A stretch of 64,000 bases of DNA from Andalucia godoyi And28. Lineage: Eukaryota; Protista; Jakobida. The notes under the pieces are model-generated. The model was given only the letters and a program-made list of their open reading frames with translations, ran no database searches and was not told the DNA's origin. Where the stretch lies: positions 177,198 through 241,197 of the forward strand of contig VRVR01000016.1 of the NCBI GenBank assembly GCA_009859145.1, given 5' to 3'. Positions within the stretch are counted from its first letter, which is position 1, and every line of letters begins with the position of its first letter. Both the position numbers and the translations under genes were made by a program. This document shows positions 20,715 through 31,647 of this stretch, in pieces.

Positions 20715-20939
20715 ACGCAATCTGAAAAATGACAATTGAAAAAAAGTTGGGTGGGCGGTTTAATTAAATCTATTACTCTTAACAATACGAATGAAACGAC
20801 GCACATACAACTATGGCAACAAAAGAAAACCAAGCCATCCCATAACAGCAACTTCCAAAAAGAAGTCCCGCGCGCAGCTTGCACCAAACAAGAAGAAAAC
20901 CCCCCAAACCAAACCAAACCAAACCAAACCAAACCAAAC

Positions 20940-23900
20940 CTAGAGTGTAGTACCGGAATCCTCGCTGCCCAAGAAAACTTTTGTGTCCGACTTTCCGTCA
21001 TTAAACTGTTTTCTCAATTCCATCAGCAATTGCCAATCGAACGGGAAGAACCGCCATTGAATATACTTGTAAGCAAGATCGATCAGCAAGCAAATGCCTG
21101 TGCACCATATCAACATGAACCAACACGTTCCGGAAGAGAAGATGCGGTAGACAACCCAATAGACATTCGCTTGATCCAATACCATCGGAGAAGCCGAGTA
21201 TGCAAGAAGGAAAAAATAAAAGGACAGCAACGATCCCCAAACACCAAAGTGAGTAAGCCAGGTCCAGCAGCGCGTTTCGAGACCGCTTTTGCAAAGGGCA
21301 ACCGTAATCACAATCATTGCCATCAGAGTTCCATACGTCCAAATGCCGAAACTCTGTCCGTCGCTGAACAAGGAGCCGGACGCGGTGAAGGACAAGAAGC
21401 AGAAGTAGATGATGACAGCATGCACAATAGAATTCACAATCCATCGGGTAAATGTCAAGACGTTGCAGGATCTGCCCAACTGAGTATGCTTGTACACAGG
21501 TGGATTGGATTCAATTAAGTCCTCGGCAAGATCCTTCTCGAACATGCCTGTGAACAAGGGAGGAAGCGCGGTGAACGTCATGTTGTAGAACAACAGAATC
21601 CACGAATCAAACAGCGTCTGTCCGGAAAAGCCGGAAAAGAAAATGTAGAAGAACTGGCACCAAGTCAACAGCAGATTCTTGTAAAAAGAATACTGGATGA
21701 GATCCCCGGACCGCAGGTAAGAGTACCGGCCATGAATGCACAGCAGACGCTTCAGATGCCGGAACTGAGGAATTGCATAATCTGCCGCCCTGGCTGCCTG
21801 CGTGCCCTCCACTCCAATGATACCAATACCAACCTTGGCTTCCATGATCATGGACACATCGTTTGCACCATCTCCAATGGACAGGCCGATCTTGTTCGTG
21901 CCTTTTTCAACGAGCCGTACGCAGAGAGCTTTCTGAAGAGGCGTAACACGACAGCAAATGGCAGCATGGCACACGAGAGCCAGTTTCAGGAACCGTTCCT
22001 TGTGGTCGTCCAGAGCAAATTGCAGCGAGTGACCGTCAATAACCATCGCAAGTCGTTTGGTTGGCAGAGGCGGGGCGTTTGGATTCACCTTGGGCATGAA
22101 CTGCTCAATGTATTGTTGAATCTGCGCTCCGCATTTTTCTGAATTTTCTGCTTCAATGTGCAGGACATCCATCGTATCGTCCAAAAGCTTGGAAGAATAC
22201 GCAATATTCACTGCTGTTTCGCGCTTATCCCCGGTGAGAACCCACACGACAATGCCAGCATCAAGCAAAAACTTGATAGTTTCAGGAACTTCCGGCTGCA
22301 ACTTGTCCTCAATGGCGGTGGCACCATACAAACACAAATCGCGCTCAACCATTTCTGCAACCACTTCCATTTTGCTTTCGCGGCCTTCAAGAGATGCGTC
22401 CGCTTCATCAAACTTCTGCTTCCATTCCATGTACTCGTCTTCTTCCATTACACGACCCGCAATCACAAGCGTTCGCAATCCTTCCTTGGAAAAATCCTTC
22501 AAGTTGTTTGAAATCACCTGCCTCATTGCAAACGGAGTTAGAGTGTGAGAAAGCCGAGGGAACATGATGCTGTCCGCTCCTTTGCAAAGGCACATCACTT
22601 CATTCGTATCAGATCTGCGCACAATGACCGACTGTCTCTTACGATCCGAGTTGAATTCGATTGTCGCCAACACGGTAAAGAATACCTTATTTCCGAGGCA
22701 GTCCACCTCAACACCAGCATTCGTTCGGGCTAACAACCGAAATCCGTTCGAAGCAGCGGCATCGACAAGCGCTACCTCATCAGGGCTCTGAGCTTCATAA
22801 TTCATCTTCTTGGTTTTCTCGGAATACTCGGGAACAACGTCATGGCAAACGGCCAGGGCAGTAAGAAACATTGAAATGGTCTCTTTGGATGCCGGTGACG
22901 TGTGCGTTGACTGCGTCAGGATCGTTTTCAGTTGCCCGGGGGTTGCAATCTCGTCATGGACATGTCCTTCGATGGAGCACTTACTGAATTCCATGATATT
23001 CTCTGTAAGCGTGCCTGTCTTGTCTGAAAATACCCATTGGATGCGTCCGAGCTCATCGTTCAGCGACGAAGTCTTCGCAACCATATTCTTCCCGCGAGCC
23101 TGCATCTTTGGATCCCATTCCATGAATCGCGCTTGACACACGCGCACAATTTCGAGAGACACGAAAAGCGAAATTGGGATCATGATGTTGAAAAGCACGA
23201 AGTAAGTGAGATATTGCGTGAAGAACAGTTGCGCACCATTGAACTTGTTGAATCCTGTCAGATACCACATGTCCTTTGATTGGTTTTCCTGGAAAATGAC
23301 TGCCAGCATTGCACCAAATGCGCAAAACAGCTGTTGGCAAACAAACAATGCCAGCACGAACCTGTTGAGTTTCTTGTCGATTGTCGAGAACTTGTGGATT
23401 TTCTTCTGCAAGTTTTTGAACATTTTGGTGTCCGTTCCAGCATACACAACCAACCCATAGACCCACTTTGTGTTTCGAAGCGCAGACCCTCTTAGCAAAA
23501 TTTGCTTCTCAGAGAGTGCAATATACTTGCCATCTTCAAACATCAACCTTCCATGAAATCTGTACAAAGCCTCATTCGGTTCTTCGCATTGCAGAGTCGC
23601 CTTCAATCCCGTAAGCGATTCGATCGTATTGTACACCATGGTGTCCGGATGGCCCTTTCGCAGCTTCAGATTCGTTTCACCGTCTAAATTGGAAGTTTCA
23701 ACATATGCATTTCCATCAGTAGACGACGCGGACAAGAGTACCAGATCTGCAGGAAACACGGATCCCTTTTCCACAAAGACTATATCACCCACCGACACCT
23801 GGTGCGTCTGGATGTCCATCGAAACCCCCTCTCGAAGAACGGTGACAATCATAGAATTGGCCTCTCGATCCGCCTTGTACCGATCATAGTCCTCGACTCC

Positions 23901-24278
23901 ATCCTTGATGGCACCAACAGTCAGAACGAACAGCAGCGGAAGAATCGACGTGATCGGAAACACAGGAGACACGCCTGGAATGAGCGCAACAATCATCGAC
24001 ACCAAAAAGTAAAAGTTGGACAGTCTCCGGAACTGCTCAAACAAATTCAGAGGCAGAAATGTGATTACAGTGTACTTTGTCGTTCGAATGTAGTTTGTCG
24101 GAAACCCTTGTCTAGAGTTGAAATGAACATCGTTCGTACGAACTTCATACGGCGCATCTGCACCCCCGTCCTCTGCACCGGGAGTCGATGGTGGCTGCCC
24201 TGAAGCAGCAGGTGTAGAATGAGGTGGGGTCGCAAGAAGGTTCTTCTTGGTCTCCTTGTCTTTCGGCGACGACGACAT
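20940..24278 (-). CDS. P4-type ATPase (phospholipid flippase)
   Basis: IPISL, phosphorylation site DKTGT, GATAIEDKLQ, TGD, GDGANDVSMI and 10 TM segments. Confidence 0.97.
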   Translation of the reverse strand: MSSSPKDKETKKNLLATPPHSTPAASGQPPSTPGAEDGGADAPYEVRTNDVHFNSRQGFPTNYIRTTKYTVITFLPLNLFEQFRRLSNFYFLVSMIVALIPGVSPVFPITSILPLLFVLTVGAIKDGVEDYDRYKADREANSMIVTVLREGVSMDIQTHQVSVGDIVFVEKGSVFPADLVLLSASSTDGNAYVETSNLDGETNLKLRKGHPDTMVYNTIESLTGLKATLQCEEPNEALYRFHGRLMFEDGKYIALSEKQILLRGSALRNTKWVYGLVVYAGTDTKMFKNLQKKIHKFSTIDKKLNRFVLALFVCQQLFCAFGAMLAVIFQENQSKDMWYLTGFNKFNGAQLFFTQYLTYFVLFNIMIPISLFVSLEIVRVCQARFMEWDPKMQARGKNMVAKTSSLNDELGRIQWVFSDKTGTLTENIMEFSKCSIEGHVHDEIATPGQLKTILTQSTHTSPASKETISMFLTALAVCHDVVPEYSEKTKKMNYEAQSPDEVALVDAAASNGFRLLARTNAGVEVDCLGNKVFFTVLATIEFNSDRKRQSVIVRRSDTNEVMCLCKGADSIMFPRLSHTLTPFAMRQVISNNLKDFSKEGLRTLVIAGRVMEEDEYMEWKQKFDEADASLEGRESKMEVVAEMVERDLCLYGATAIEDKLQPEVPETIKFLLDAGIVVWVLTGDKRETAVNIAYSSKLLDDTMDVLHIEAENSEKCGAQIQQYIEQFMPKVNPNAPPLPTKRLAMVIDGHSLQFALDDHKERFLKLALVCHAAICCRVTPLQKALCVRLVEKGTNKIGLSIGDGANDVSMIMEAKVGIGIIGVEGTQAARAADYAIPQFRHLKRLLCIHGRYSYLRSGDLIQYSFYKNLLLTWCQFFYIFFSGFSGQTLFDSWILLFYNMTFTALPPLFTGMFEKDLAEDLIESNPPVYKHTQLGRSCNVLTFTRWIVNSIVHAVIIYFCFLSFTASGSLFSDGQSFGIWTYGTLMAMIVITVALCKSGLETRCWTWLTHFGVWGSLLSFYFFLLAYSASPMVLDQANVYWVVYRIFSSGTCWFMLIWCTGICLLIDLAYKYIQWRFFPFDWQLLMELRKQFNDGKSDTKVFLGSEDSGTTL

Positions 24279-24358
24279 TGATTAAAACAGCAACAACAGC
24301 AACACAGCAACAACAATACAATACGCACGCACTCACCCTGAGCTTACCCAGACTCACT

Positions 24359-24363
<5 letters not shown>

Positions 24364-24400
<37 letters not shown>
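24364..24400. repeat. (CA)n microsatellite
   Basis: Direct reading of the sequence. Confidence 0.9.
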
Positions 24401-25138
24401 AACAATCTAATTCAGTGAAGAAGTAAAAGAACTCCAACACACTTCAATAACTGCAGTGAAGAATGAGGAAAAGACGAAGAGAGAGGAAGTTTTAAATTTA
24501 ATTATTTAAATAAAAAGAAGAAGAGAGAAGAGAGAAAGAAAGAAGAATCAGTGCAGAACGTGAATTGACCAGTTGATATATAAGAAAAAATCAACAACAA
24601 CAGAATCAGCACTAATATTAAAATTAAAATTCATCAAAAAATACATAAAAATTGAAAGGAAAAATTAAAAAATTAAGATGATAAAATAAATTGAATAATG
24701 CGTTCGTGATTGCAGCAGGTTAGAAAGAGGAAAGGTGGGAAAAGGCGCATCCTTTTTCCTTTACACAATACACGGTGGGCCAATGGAGAGAGGTTTTCCC
24801 CCAAATCAAAGAGCTGCGAAACGGGTTTCTTGCAGCAAAGGCGCTTTTCTATTTGCCGAAGGGGGAAGGAGGGGATTTGTTTTGTGGCCTCGAGTCCTAG
24901 GGTACGGGTTTGACCGCTGCCACTTTATTGTGATATGATGACGCAATCTGAAGCGCACGTAAACAGAACCACTGCCACGAGCCATGCGCATGCGTTTGCT
25001 GCCTTAAGCAACTCCGTCACACGATGCCCGATTCGTTTCGCCCCCATTTTGATCATGAAAGCCTTATACATACGCCGCCGCGTTGCATTCTCGCACAGCG
25101 ACGCTCATTTCATTTCTTTATTCTTTTTGTCCATGCAT

Positions 25139-25288
25139 CGCAACATCTATCTTAAGAACGTCTCTCATGCCGAGGGGGCGTGTTGGGGCCTACCCCCTTT
25201 CCAATCATGCTATGCATGTTGGTGGGCTGCAGCACTGATTATGAATGATCAGCGATGATTATCCGTGGTCAGTGGACAATGTAGGCAT
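25139..25288 (+). mobile_element. Fanzor-derived non-autonomous remnant: last codons plus omegaRNA-like module (family 1, copy B)
   Basis: Encodes RNIYLKNVSHAEGACWGLPP, versus RSIYLKNASKACGGLPP in copy A. 25224-25288 aligns without gaps to the reverse complement of 56168-56232 at 48/65 identity. Confidence 0.85.
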
Positions 25289-25815
25289 TTTTGTGTGTGT
25301 ATCATCAGCGTTGAACATCAAACAATACGAATTTTTCTACCGTCGTCAAGTCTAGAATTTTCCTCTTCTTTCTTTCTTTCTGTTCTCGCTGAGCAAGCTG
25401 ATGATCATCAAATCACGAAGATGTGGTCGATTGTGTTTCGGAATGTGCTTTCAAGTCAGAGAGAACAAGAAGGAGCAAGAGGCAATTGCGTCGTTAGGCG
25501 CGATGGGCACCACCGCCGACTACATTCTGTCTCCTCCAACATTCATTTTAGAATGTTGGATCAATTGAGGAATAGGTTGGTTGCGACGACCCTTTGATGT
25601 AGAATTGACGCTCGCACCCCAAATAAAAAAACAAAAAAAGCATGTGGCTTGGAATGCTCTGGCGAGCGGCAAAACAGTCGGGAAAACAACACGTCATTTC
25701 TCCGTTTTACCGCACTGGTCCGCACCCCGCAATGACATCGTGCTCCAAATTCCGTGTTCGTTTGTTCTTTACACACACACATACATACATAGGTCCCGCG
25801 ACAAAATTGAAGTTG

Positions 25816-27012
25816 CTAAGTATTATGGGGCTTCGGAGACTCGATACCGGAGACGACTTCCAGAGTAAGCGGATCAAAGTATGCAAATGCCATTCGAGGC
25901 GTGGAATGGGCAAATCCGTATGTTCCATCGGGGCGAATGGCAACCACTCCTCCGTGTCCGTTGGCCCTTCTGTCCATCATGTCGAGCTTGTCGCGAATAA
26001 CCTCTGTAGGAGGCTTGTCTGCACACATGCCGTCGCATACAACTCTGGCCAGCGAAACCTTGATGATGGCCTCGCCCCATCCAGTGCACGACGCACCTCC
26101 GAGCTCCTTGTCGCAGTACGTTCCGGCCCCAATGATTGGTGAATCGCCGACGCGCCCAGGAAGCTTAAGAGGTATTCCGCCGGTGGAAGTGGCCGCCGCC
26201 AAGTCGCCATTTACATCAATCGCAACGGCGCCAACGGTACCCTTCTTGACTCCTGCCAGTTCGATCTTACGCAGTTCTTCCATGTTCTGATTGCGCTGCA
26301 GAGCACCGCCAACGTCGTTCTCATTCACAAAAATCTCTCGTCCGGAATAGTTCTTCTCTTTTTTCAACACCTCCAAAAGATCCTTTTGCTCCTGTGTCAG
26401 CAGGTCCTGTGTGTCCACGAATGGAACCTTGTCTGGAAACTGCCTGACAAAGTCGCTTGCGCCCTGCCCAACAAGCAAAACATGCTTCGAGCGCTCCATA
26501 ACAAGCCTGGCAGCCGTGATCGGATGTGCTATATTGGAAATACACGCAACTGCACCACATGCCAAGTCACCCGTCATGATGGATGCATCCATTTCCACTT
26601 GTCCGTTTGCATTCAAGAACGAACCTCGCCCCGCATCAAACGTTGGATCATCCTCCAACACGCGGACTGCTTGCTCTACGGCATCGAGCGCCGTGATTTC
26701 CCCTGATTGAAGCCGGTCCATCACAGCAAACACAGCCGTTCGCACTCCACAAACATGCCTACCACCCACAATTTAATTCATTAGAATTTAAAATACCCCC
26801 AGGCCACGACAATAGTTATTGATAATAACGAGGTGAAGCGTGAGAGAAGTGAGAGATGAGCTCCACATGCAGCAAAAGCAGCAGCAGCAGCGGCAACAAG
26901 TAATAATAAATCACGAATTCACATACGCCTCAACCTGATTGTCAGGAATCGCCCATGCTCCTCCATGAACGATCAGTCGCACACGAGAGGTTGACTCTGG
27001 GCTGTTGTTCAT
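25816..27012 (-). CDS. ASRGL1: Isoaspartyl peptidase / plant-type L-asparaginase (Ntn hydrolase), complement(join(25816..26758,26927..27012))
   Basis: Exon 1 MNNSPESTSRVRLIVHGGAWAIPD; intron GTATGT..TAG (26759-26926); ALDAVEQAVRVLEDDPTFDAGRGS; catalytic GTVGAVA; TSTGG; GRVGDSP. Confidence 0.93.
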
Positions 27013-27171
27013 GGCTTTTGAATGACACACCTTTCCTTTCTGAGCTTCTCTCGTCGGTTGTGGCCGTCTTCTTCTTTTTCTTTTTCCTTCTCTGAGATTG
27101 CTTCATATGCAACAAGGAGTGATGCATGCATCAACTGCGCAGGTTGAGGCCACAATCTATTTTTTCGGTAT

Positions 27172-27470
27172 TACCCTCGCTGCGCCCTCAGACAGGTTTT
27201 TATTGGCGTAAAGTGACTTTTACAATCCGCATCAGCGCCCCGTCATCTATTGCAAGGAATCGGTTGTCTACATTCGACAGTGTCTCATTGGGCCTCGACC
27301 TGCACATCTACTCCGCCGTGACAACAACAGCAACCACCGGTAGCAGCAATCTGCAGGAGAAAAAAAAAGGTCGGCCTTCATTCAACAGCAATGTCGACGG
27401 CTGTAAAAACTCACCCATACTATTATTATTCACATCTCCGTCCAGCAGACGTTTGGGATTGAAGGGTTAA
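27172..27470 (+). mobile_element. MITE-like dispersed repeat with a Fanzor1-like C-terminal remnant (family 2, copy 1)
   Basis: Shares perfect 32-nt (27209-27240) and 25-nt (27282-27306) blocks and the terminal cagacgttt..ggg.ttg.agggtta with 52934-53158. Ends in AGGG|TTAA and encodes IRQCLIGPRPAHLLRR. Confidence 0.75.
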
Positions 27471-27628
27471 AAGTTTCCTCGATCAACGATTGTCCCGAGT
27501 TGCGTTTCATCGTCCGTGATTGAAATTTTTATTTATATCTATTTGTGTGTGTGTGTGTGCGTTTATAAGATTTGCGGATCAGTTGGGGCGAGTAGTGGGA
27601 GGAGGAAGAGGAAGAGGGGAAGGAAGAG

Positions 27629-29311
27629 ATGTCTGATTTTAGATTGTCGCATCTTGAGCCGTTGTGTGCACAGCCAGATGACAAGACAGGGTGTGTGGTA
27701 CGACTGCGATTTCACAATGTAACGAGAGATGTCTTTCTTCCTTTTCCCAACGTGTCCGTTTTAAAGTCGCCAAAAAATTGGAGTGAGACGCAGGAGGTGT
27801 TGACAGACGTGGAGAAACTCACGACGTACCACGGCACAGACAGTGCGTGGTGGAAATCGCTTTCCAGGGCAGAGACAGAAGAGGAAGAGCAGGATCGTGT
27901 GAGGTGGGAGGATGCAATCACGGGGAACATACGGTCTGCCATTGCTGGTGCATTTTCTGCCACGGTCGGAAAACATGTGACAGGGCTGGTGAACCAGACA
28001 TTCGGACCAGTGTATCCATTGTACTGGGTTGCTTGCAATCCTTACAATTACGTTCGAACGCTGTTCATGGTGATGGTGGAACCTTGCATGTTGCAGGAGT
28101 GCATACAAAGTGTCAAGTCTCTCGGAGATAAGCCTTTGAAAAAGAAGTTGTCTGCACGCCTGTTTCAATGCGCACAAGATGCCGAATATGAGAAGGTGAA
28201 GTACGAAGAGGCTCGAAAAGCGTCCAGTGGACAGATGCCGCGGTTATCGTATTCGAGAGTGTTCAAAAACGTTTCGCTGACACCATCGGAAATGGCGTCT
28301 TTCGACACAAGCGCTCCGATGCCGTTCATCCGTGTGTCCGAGTTGTTCGGAAAGAACAAGAACGCGGCTGATCAGTTGCTCAAGTGTTTGCGGGTAGCCG
28401 GCTTTGCGTGCTTGCGCTTAGATGCAGAAGAACACGCAAGCATCACAAAGAACATTCTGCAAAAGGCAATCCAGTTCTTCAATTTACCTGCAGCAATCAA
28501 GAATCAATCTGCGACAACAAGCTCCCGAACGGCGGGGTACAACCTGGAGACGAACCGCGAGGTTTACCACGGTTACATTCAATTCCCGGGACAGCACCCT
28601 CCGTGGCCCACCGAGGAGGTTGCACCAGGATTTGAGCACGCCGTGAGCGCCGCACTTGTTCTGTTCCAGAACATCTGCAAGGAAATTCTGAATTTGATTC
28701 AAGAAACATACGGAGGAGGAGGAACGACAGCACTCACGGATGCAATGGAAAACTTCGACGATCCGCAAACGATCAAGACGTGGGGCTACGGATCTGCGAT
28801 CCGCGTGATGCGATATCACAAACCACAGTCGAAAACACGTGTGATGTGTGTTTCGCACAGTGATACGTCACTGCTGACCCTAGCGACGGCGTCACTCCCT
28901 GAATTGCAAATCTTGCGACGTTGCGACCAGAAATGGGTCTTCCCAGAGGAACAGTGCACGGGATGCAGCGACCTTGTTGTCTTTCCGGGCTCATTTCTAG
29001 CCCGCATGACAGAGGGGTACTTCGACGCCACCATTCACCGAGTGGTCCGCAGATTCAATGAGCAACGACTTGTAATTCCATACTTTTGCAGGCCGACCCC
29101 AGACGGCACGGTTGTCAACATTATCCGACCGGAAGGCTATTCCAGCGAGGATTTGGATGAGTCCGTGCGAGACAATCAATACATGAAGGAATTTGCAGAA
29201 GAGTATCCATTCGAAGCCGAAGAATGCATGCGTAACTTTTTGGGAAGAAGCATCAAGATCCTCCCCGTGTTTTCCGTGCACACGCTGGAGTCGCAATGTG
29301 AAACCGTCTGA
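27629..29311 (+). CDS. 2-oxoglutarate/Fe(II)-dependent dioxygenase (IPNS/DIOX-like) with an N-terminal extension
   Basis: GFACL...FFNLPAAIK (DIOX_N), HSD (HxD), ATIHRV and R..IPYF. Confidence 0.88.
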   Translation: MSDFRLSHLEPLCAQPDDKTGCVVRLRFHNVTRDVFLPFPNVSVLKSPKNWSETQEVLTDVEKLTTYHGTDSAWWKSLSRAETEEEEQDRVRWEDAITGNIRSAIAGAFSATVGKHVTGLVNQTFGPVYPLYWVACNPYNYVRTLFMVMVEPCMLQECIQSVKSLGDKPLKKKLSARLFQCAQDAEYEKVKYEEARKASSGQMPRLSYSRVFKNVSLTPSEMASFDTSAPMPFIRVSELFGKNKNAADQLLKCLRVAGFACLRLDAEEHASITKNILQKAIQFFNLPAAIKNQSATTSSRTAGYNLETNREVYHGYIQFPGQHPPWPTEEVAPGFEHAVSAALVLFQNICKEILNLIQETYGGGGTTALTDAMENFDDPQTIKTWGYGSAIRVMRYHKPQSKTRVMCVSHSDTSLLTLATASLPELQILRRCDQKWVFPEEQCTGCSDLVVFPGSFLARMTEGYFDATIHRVVRRFNEQRLVIPYFCRPTPDGTVVNIIRPEGYSSEDLDESVRDNQYMKEFAEEYPFEAEECMRNFLGRSIKILPVFSVHTLESQCETV

Positions 29312-29326
29312 AAAAAAAAACCCCCA

Positions 29327-31099
29327 CTACGATTTGGAAAGTTCAAGGATGTGTACAAAAGGACTTTCGAATTCTTCGCTGACTGCAAACCCGTGACGAG
29401 TTGAGTAAATCAATGAATACCCTTGCTCACTCCACCATCTGCTGTTCGGCGCGAACGCCGAATCAAACATCACCAAAAAGTCGGGCCTTCTTCTGCCCTG
29501 CCAACGCGCTGCAAACTGGGACTTGATGTCTGACAGAAACCGGCGATCGAAAGCTCGAAATCCGACGTCTGGCGAAGGATCGCACGTCAGAAACGAGAGC
29601 GCAACTGGCAGATCGTGGAAATATGAATACAGGGGAGCGTGATGGCAAGGGGTCAAGAAATCAACGGAAAACAGACCTCCTTCGACGGAGAGAAAATGCT
29701 GGCCAGACGCTTCGAGAGCTCCTTCCGGACCAGCGCGGATCTGCAAGCGCTGCTGCTGGAAACGCTTCACTGCAGCCAGATCGGATTTCGACTCGATTAG
29801 ATCCGACAGATGCCGGGTGGCGCGCAATACCCCGCCTTGATGCACGAGTCCCAAAAACAGCAGCATGAAAAAAGATGACAACATTGTTGCCATCAGTAGC
29901 AGCGATTTCCAGTTGTAAGGAACTGGCTTGCCGCTCGGTGAGAACAACGAAGAAGCCGCATGCACACACGGCAAGATCCCATAAACGGGAAGCAGCTGAT
30001 AGATAAACCGGAATTCCTTGTGTCCCAGCAGCGAGTACACAAGAATGGTGAACACCGCAGGAGCCCAAGCGACTGTCGAGTCGAGAATACGAACCCGAAT
30101 CTGCGATGCAGGAACGTAGCCTTGAGGACTTCGACGTGCCAACTGGTACAGTCCAAATGACCAAAGAATGACGTATGGTCCTAATAGCGTCGGCAGTGCA
30201 TTTGAAAAGTACCAGTGGAACGGGTGGGTTCCGTAAAACGCAGAAAAGTTCTTTGCGACATTGAACACGACAAAGTTCCAGGGAACAACGGTTACCTGAC
30301 CGTAATAGAAGCTATCCAGGAGCACCGACAATCCTACCGTAACAACGGCGGTTCCGACGCACAGCTTGCAAACGTACAACAATGAGAAGGTTCGCAACAA
30401 CTTATGTACGACGGTAAGTACCAGTGCTGCCCAAAACACGCCGGAAGTCGGTCGAAGCACAATGCAAACACCAGTGAAGACAAGCGCACGGCACAGTCCT
30501 TTCCTCGACGCCGACGCCGTCGCAGCAGCAGCAGCAGAAGAAGAATTATTGGCACTAGATTCGCGAAACACGACCGCGAACCAACACTCGAGAGCAAGCG
30601 TCGTGAAGATCGCCTCCATCGAATTCGCAAGAGTTCGCGAACCGATGTATCCAATTGCCCATGAGCACAAAGAAAACAGCCCAGCGAGCTGCGCATTTAA
30701 CCCCGCTTGTTTTGCGATCCTGCACAAAGACGCATCCTGAACAGCAACAAGCAAGCTCATGAGCACGATGGGAGCCTCGCGGACCAGAAACCTGGTGTCC
30801 ATGTTCAAAACTGCAAGAGCCTTGTACAGCACCGTGAATATCAGAGGGTGTGTGAAGCCGCGAATCTGCGCCCACGAACGCCATTCCCACGGAATGTAGC
30901 CAACAGTGCCAAAAGCCGCGTGGTACGCAACCTCAGTGCACTGGTAGAATTCGTCCGGAGAAAAGAAGGTCCGGACCAGCAAAAGACCCTGGAGCGCACG
31001 CACTGTCCAGAACAAGAAAAACCCAGCTCTCGTAGATGCATCCATCCAACCGTACACCCGAACCATCAACATGCTGCTTAACATCTCCTCTGTCTTCAC
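29327..31099 (-). CDS. PIGB: GPI mannosyltransferase III (PIG-B/Gpi10)
   Basis: TFFSPDEFYQCTEVA, WEWR...IRGFTHP, HPFHWYFSNALP, HKEFRFI; multi-TM. Confidence 0.93.
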   Translation of the reverse strand: MKTEEMLSSMLMVRVYGWMDASTRAGFFLFWTVRALQGLLLVRTFFSPDEFYQCTEVAYHAAFGTVGYIPWEWRSWAQIRGFTHPLIFTVLYKALAVLNMDTRFLVREAPIVLMSLLVAVQDASLCRIAKQAGLNAQLAGLFSLCSWAIGYIGSRTLANSMEAIFTTLALECWFAVVFRESSANNSSSAAAAATASASRKGLCRALVFTGVCIVLRPTSGVFWAALVLTVVHKLLRTFSLLYVCKLCVGTAVVTVGLSVLLDSFYYGQVTVVPWNFVVFNVAKNFSAFYGTHPFHWYFSNALPTLLGPYVILWSFGLYQLARRSPQGYVPASQIRVRILDSTVAWAPAVFTILVYSLLGHKEFRFIYQLLPVYGILPCVHAASSLFSPSGKPVPYNWKSLLLMATMLSSFFMLLFLGLVHQGGVLRATRHLSDLIESKSDLAAVKRFQQQRLQIRAGPEGALEASGQHFLSVEGGLFSVDFLTPCHHAPLYSYFHDLPVALSFLTCDPSPDVGFRAFDRRFLSDIKSQFAARWQGRRRPDFLVMFDSAFAPNSRWWSEQGYSLIYSTRHGFAVSEEFESPFVHILELSKS

Positions 31100-31453
31100 A
31101 CTGGAAAATCTAGATCTCCCAAAGAAGTCACCAACAAATTTTTAAAAGGTGATGGTTGGGGATTTCCAAAAAGCTACACTCCGAGCCAATCACCGGCTGT
31201 AAATTTTAAAAAACCAGCCCAAAAAACACCCGAAACCAAAACAAAAGGACGGAACAAAAAACAAAAGGGTCGAGGAGACCTCTTGCTCAGGTCCTTCTCT
31301 CTCCCATTCGGCATCGGGAATGTTTCCAAAAGCATCCTCCATCAAAGGAGGTGCATCTCTTATTGCTGATGATTCTTTCATTTATTTATGATTATTATTA
31401 TATTCATTCTGACTTTCTGCTTTGTGAAATTTTGAAATATCTTACTCGCTTAT

Positions 31454-31516
31454 TTACTCACTTACTCAATTACTCAGTTACTCAATTACTCAGTTACTCA
31501 ATTACTCAGTTACTCT
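31454..31516. repeat. Tandem 8-bp repeat TTACTCA(A/G/C), about 8 units
   Basis: ttactcac ttactcaa ttactcag ttactcaa ttactcag ttactcaa ttactcag ttactctc. Confidence 0.9.
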
Positions 31517-31647
31517 CTCATAACATACTTGTTTTTATATTTTTTTTTTGGCGCTAATTTCGTGTTTTTATTTAAATCATTTTGATTTTAATTATATTTA
31601 TTTATTTGTGAAAGGTGCCTTGAGAGATTCGATTTCGTGGGCAAACG

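Noticed and set aside
24935-25258. 107-aa ORF as a real gene
   Set aside because: Only its last third is meaningful, and that part is the Fanzor C-terminal remnant; the rest has no coding signature.
27240-27292. SECIS-like ATGA..AA..GA spacing on the - strand
   Set aside because: Helix II does not pair, it is not in a 3' UTR of a Sec-containing gene, and it lies within the repeat.
27460-27470. TAACCCT on the - strand as a telomerase RNA template
   Set aside because: Only 7 nt long and better explained as the AGGG|TTAA terminus of the repeat.
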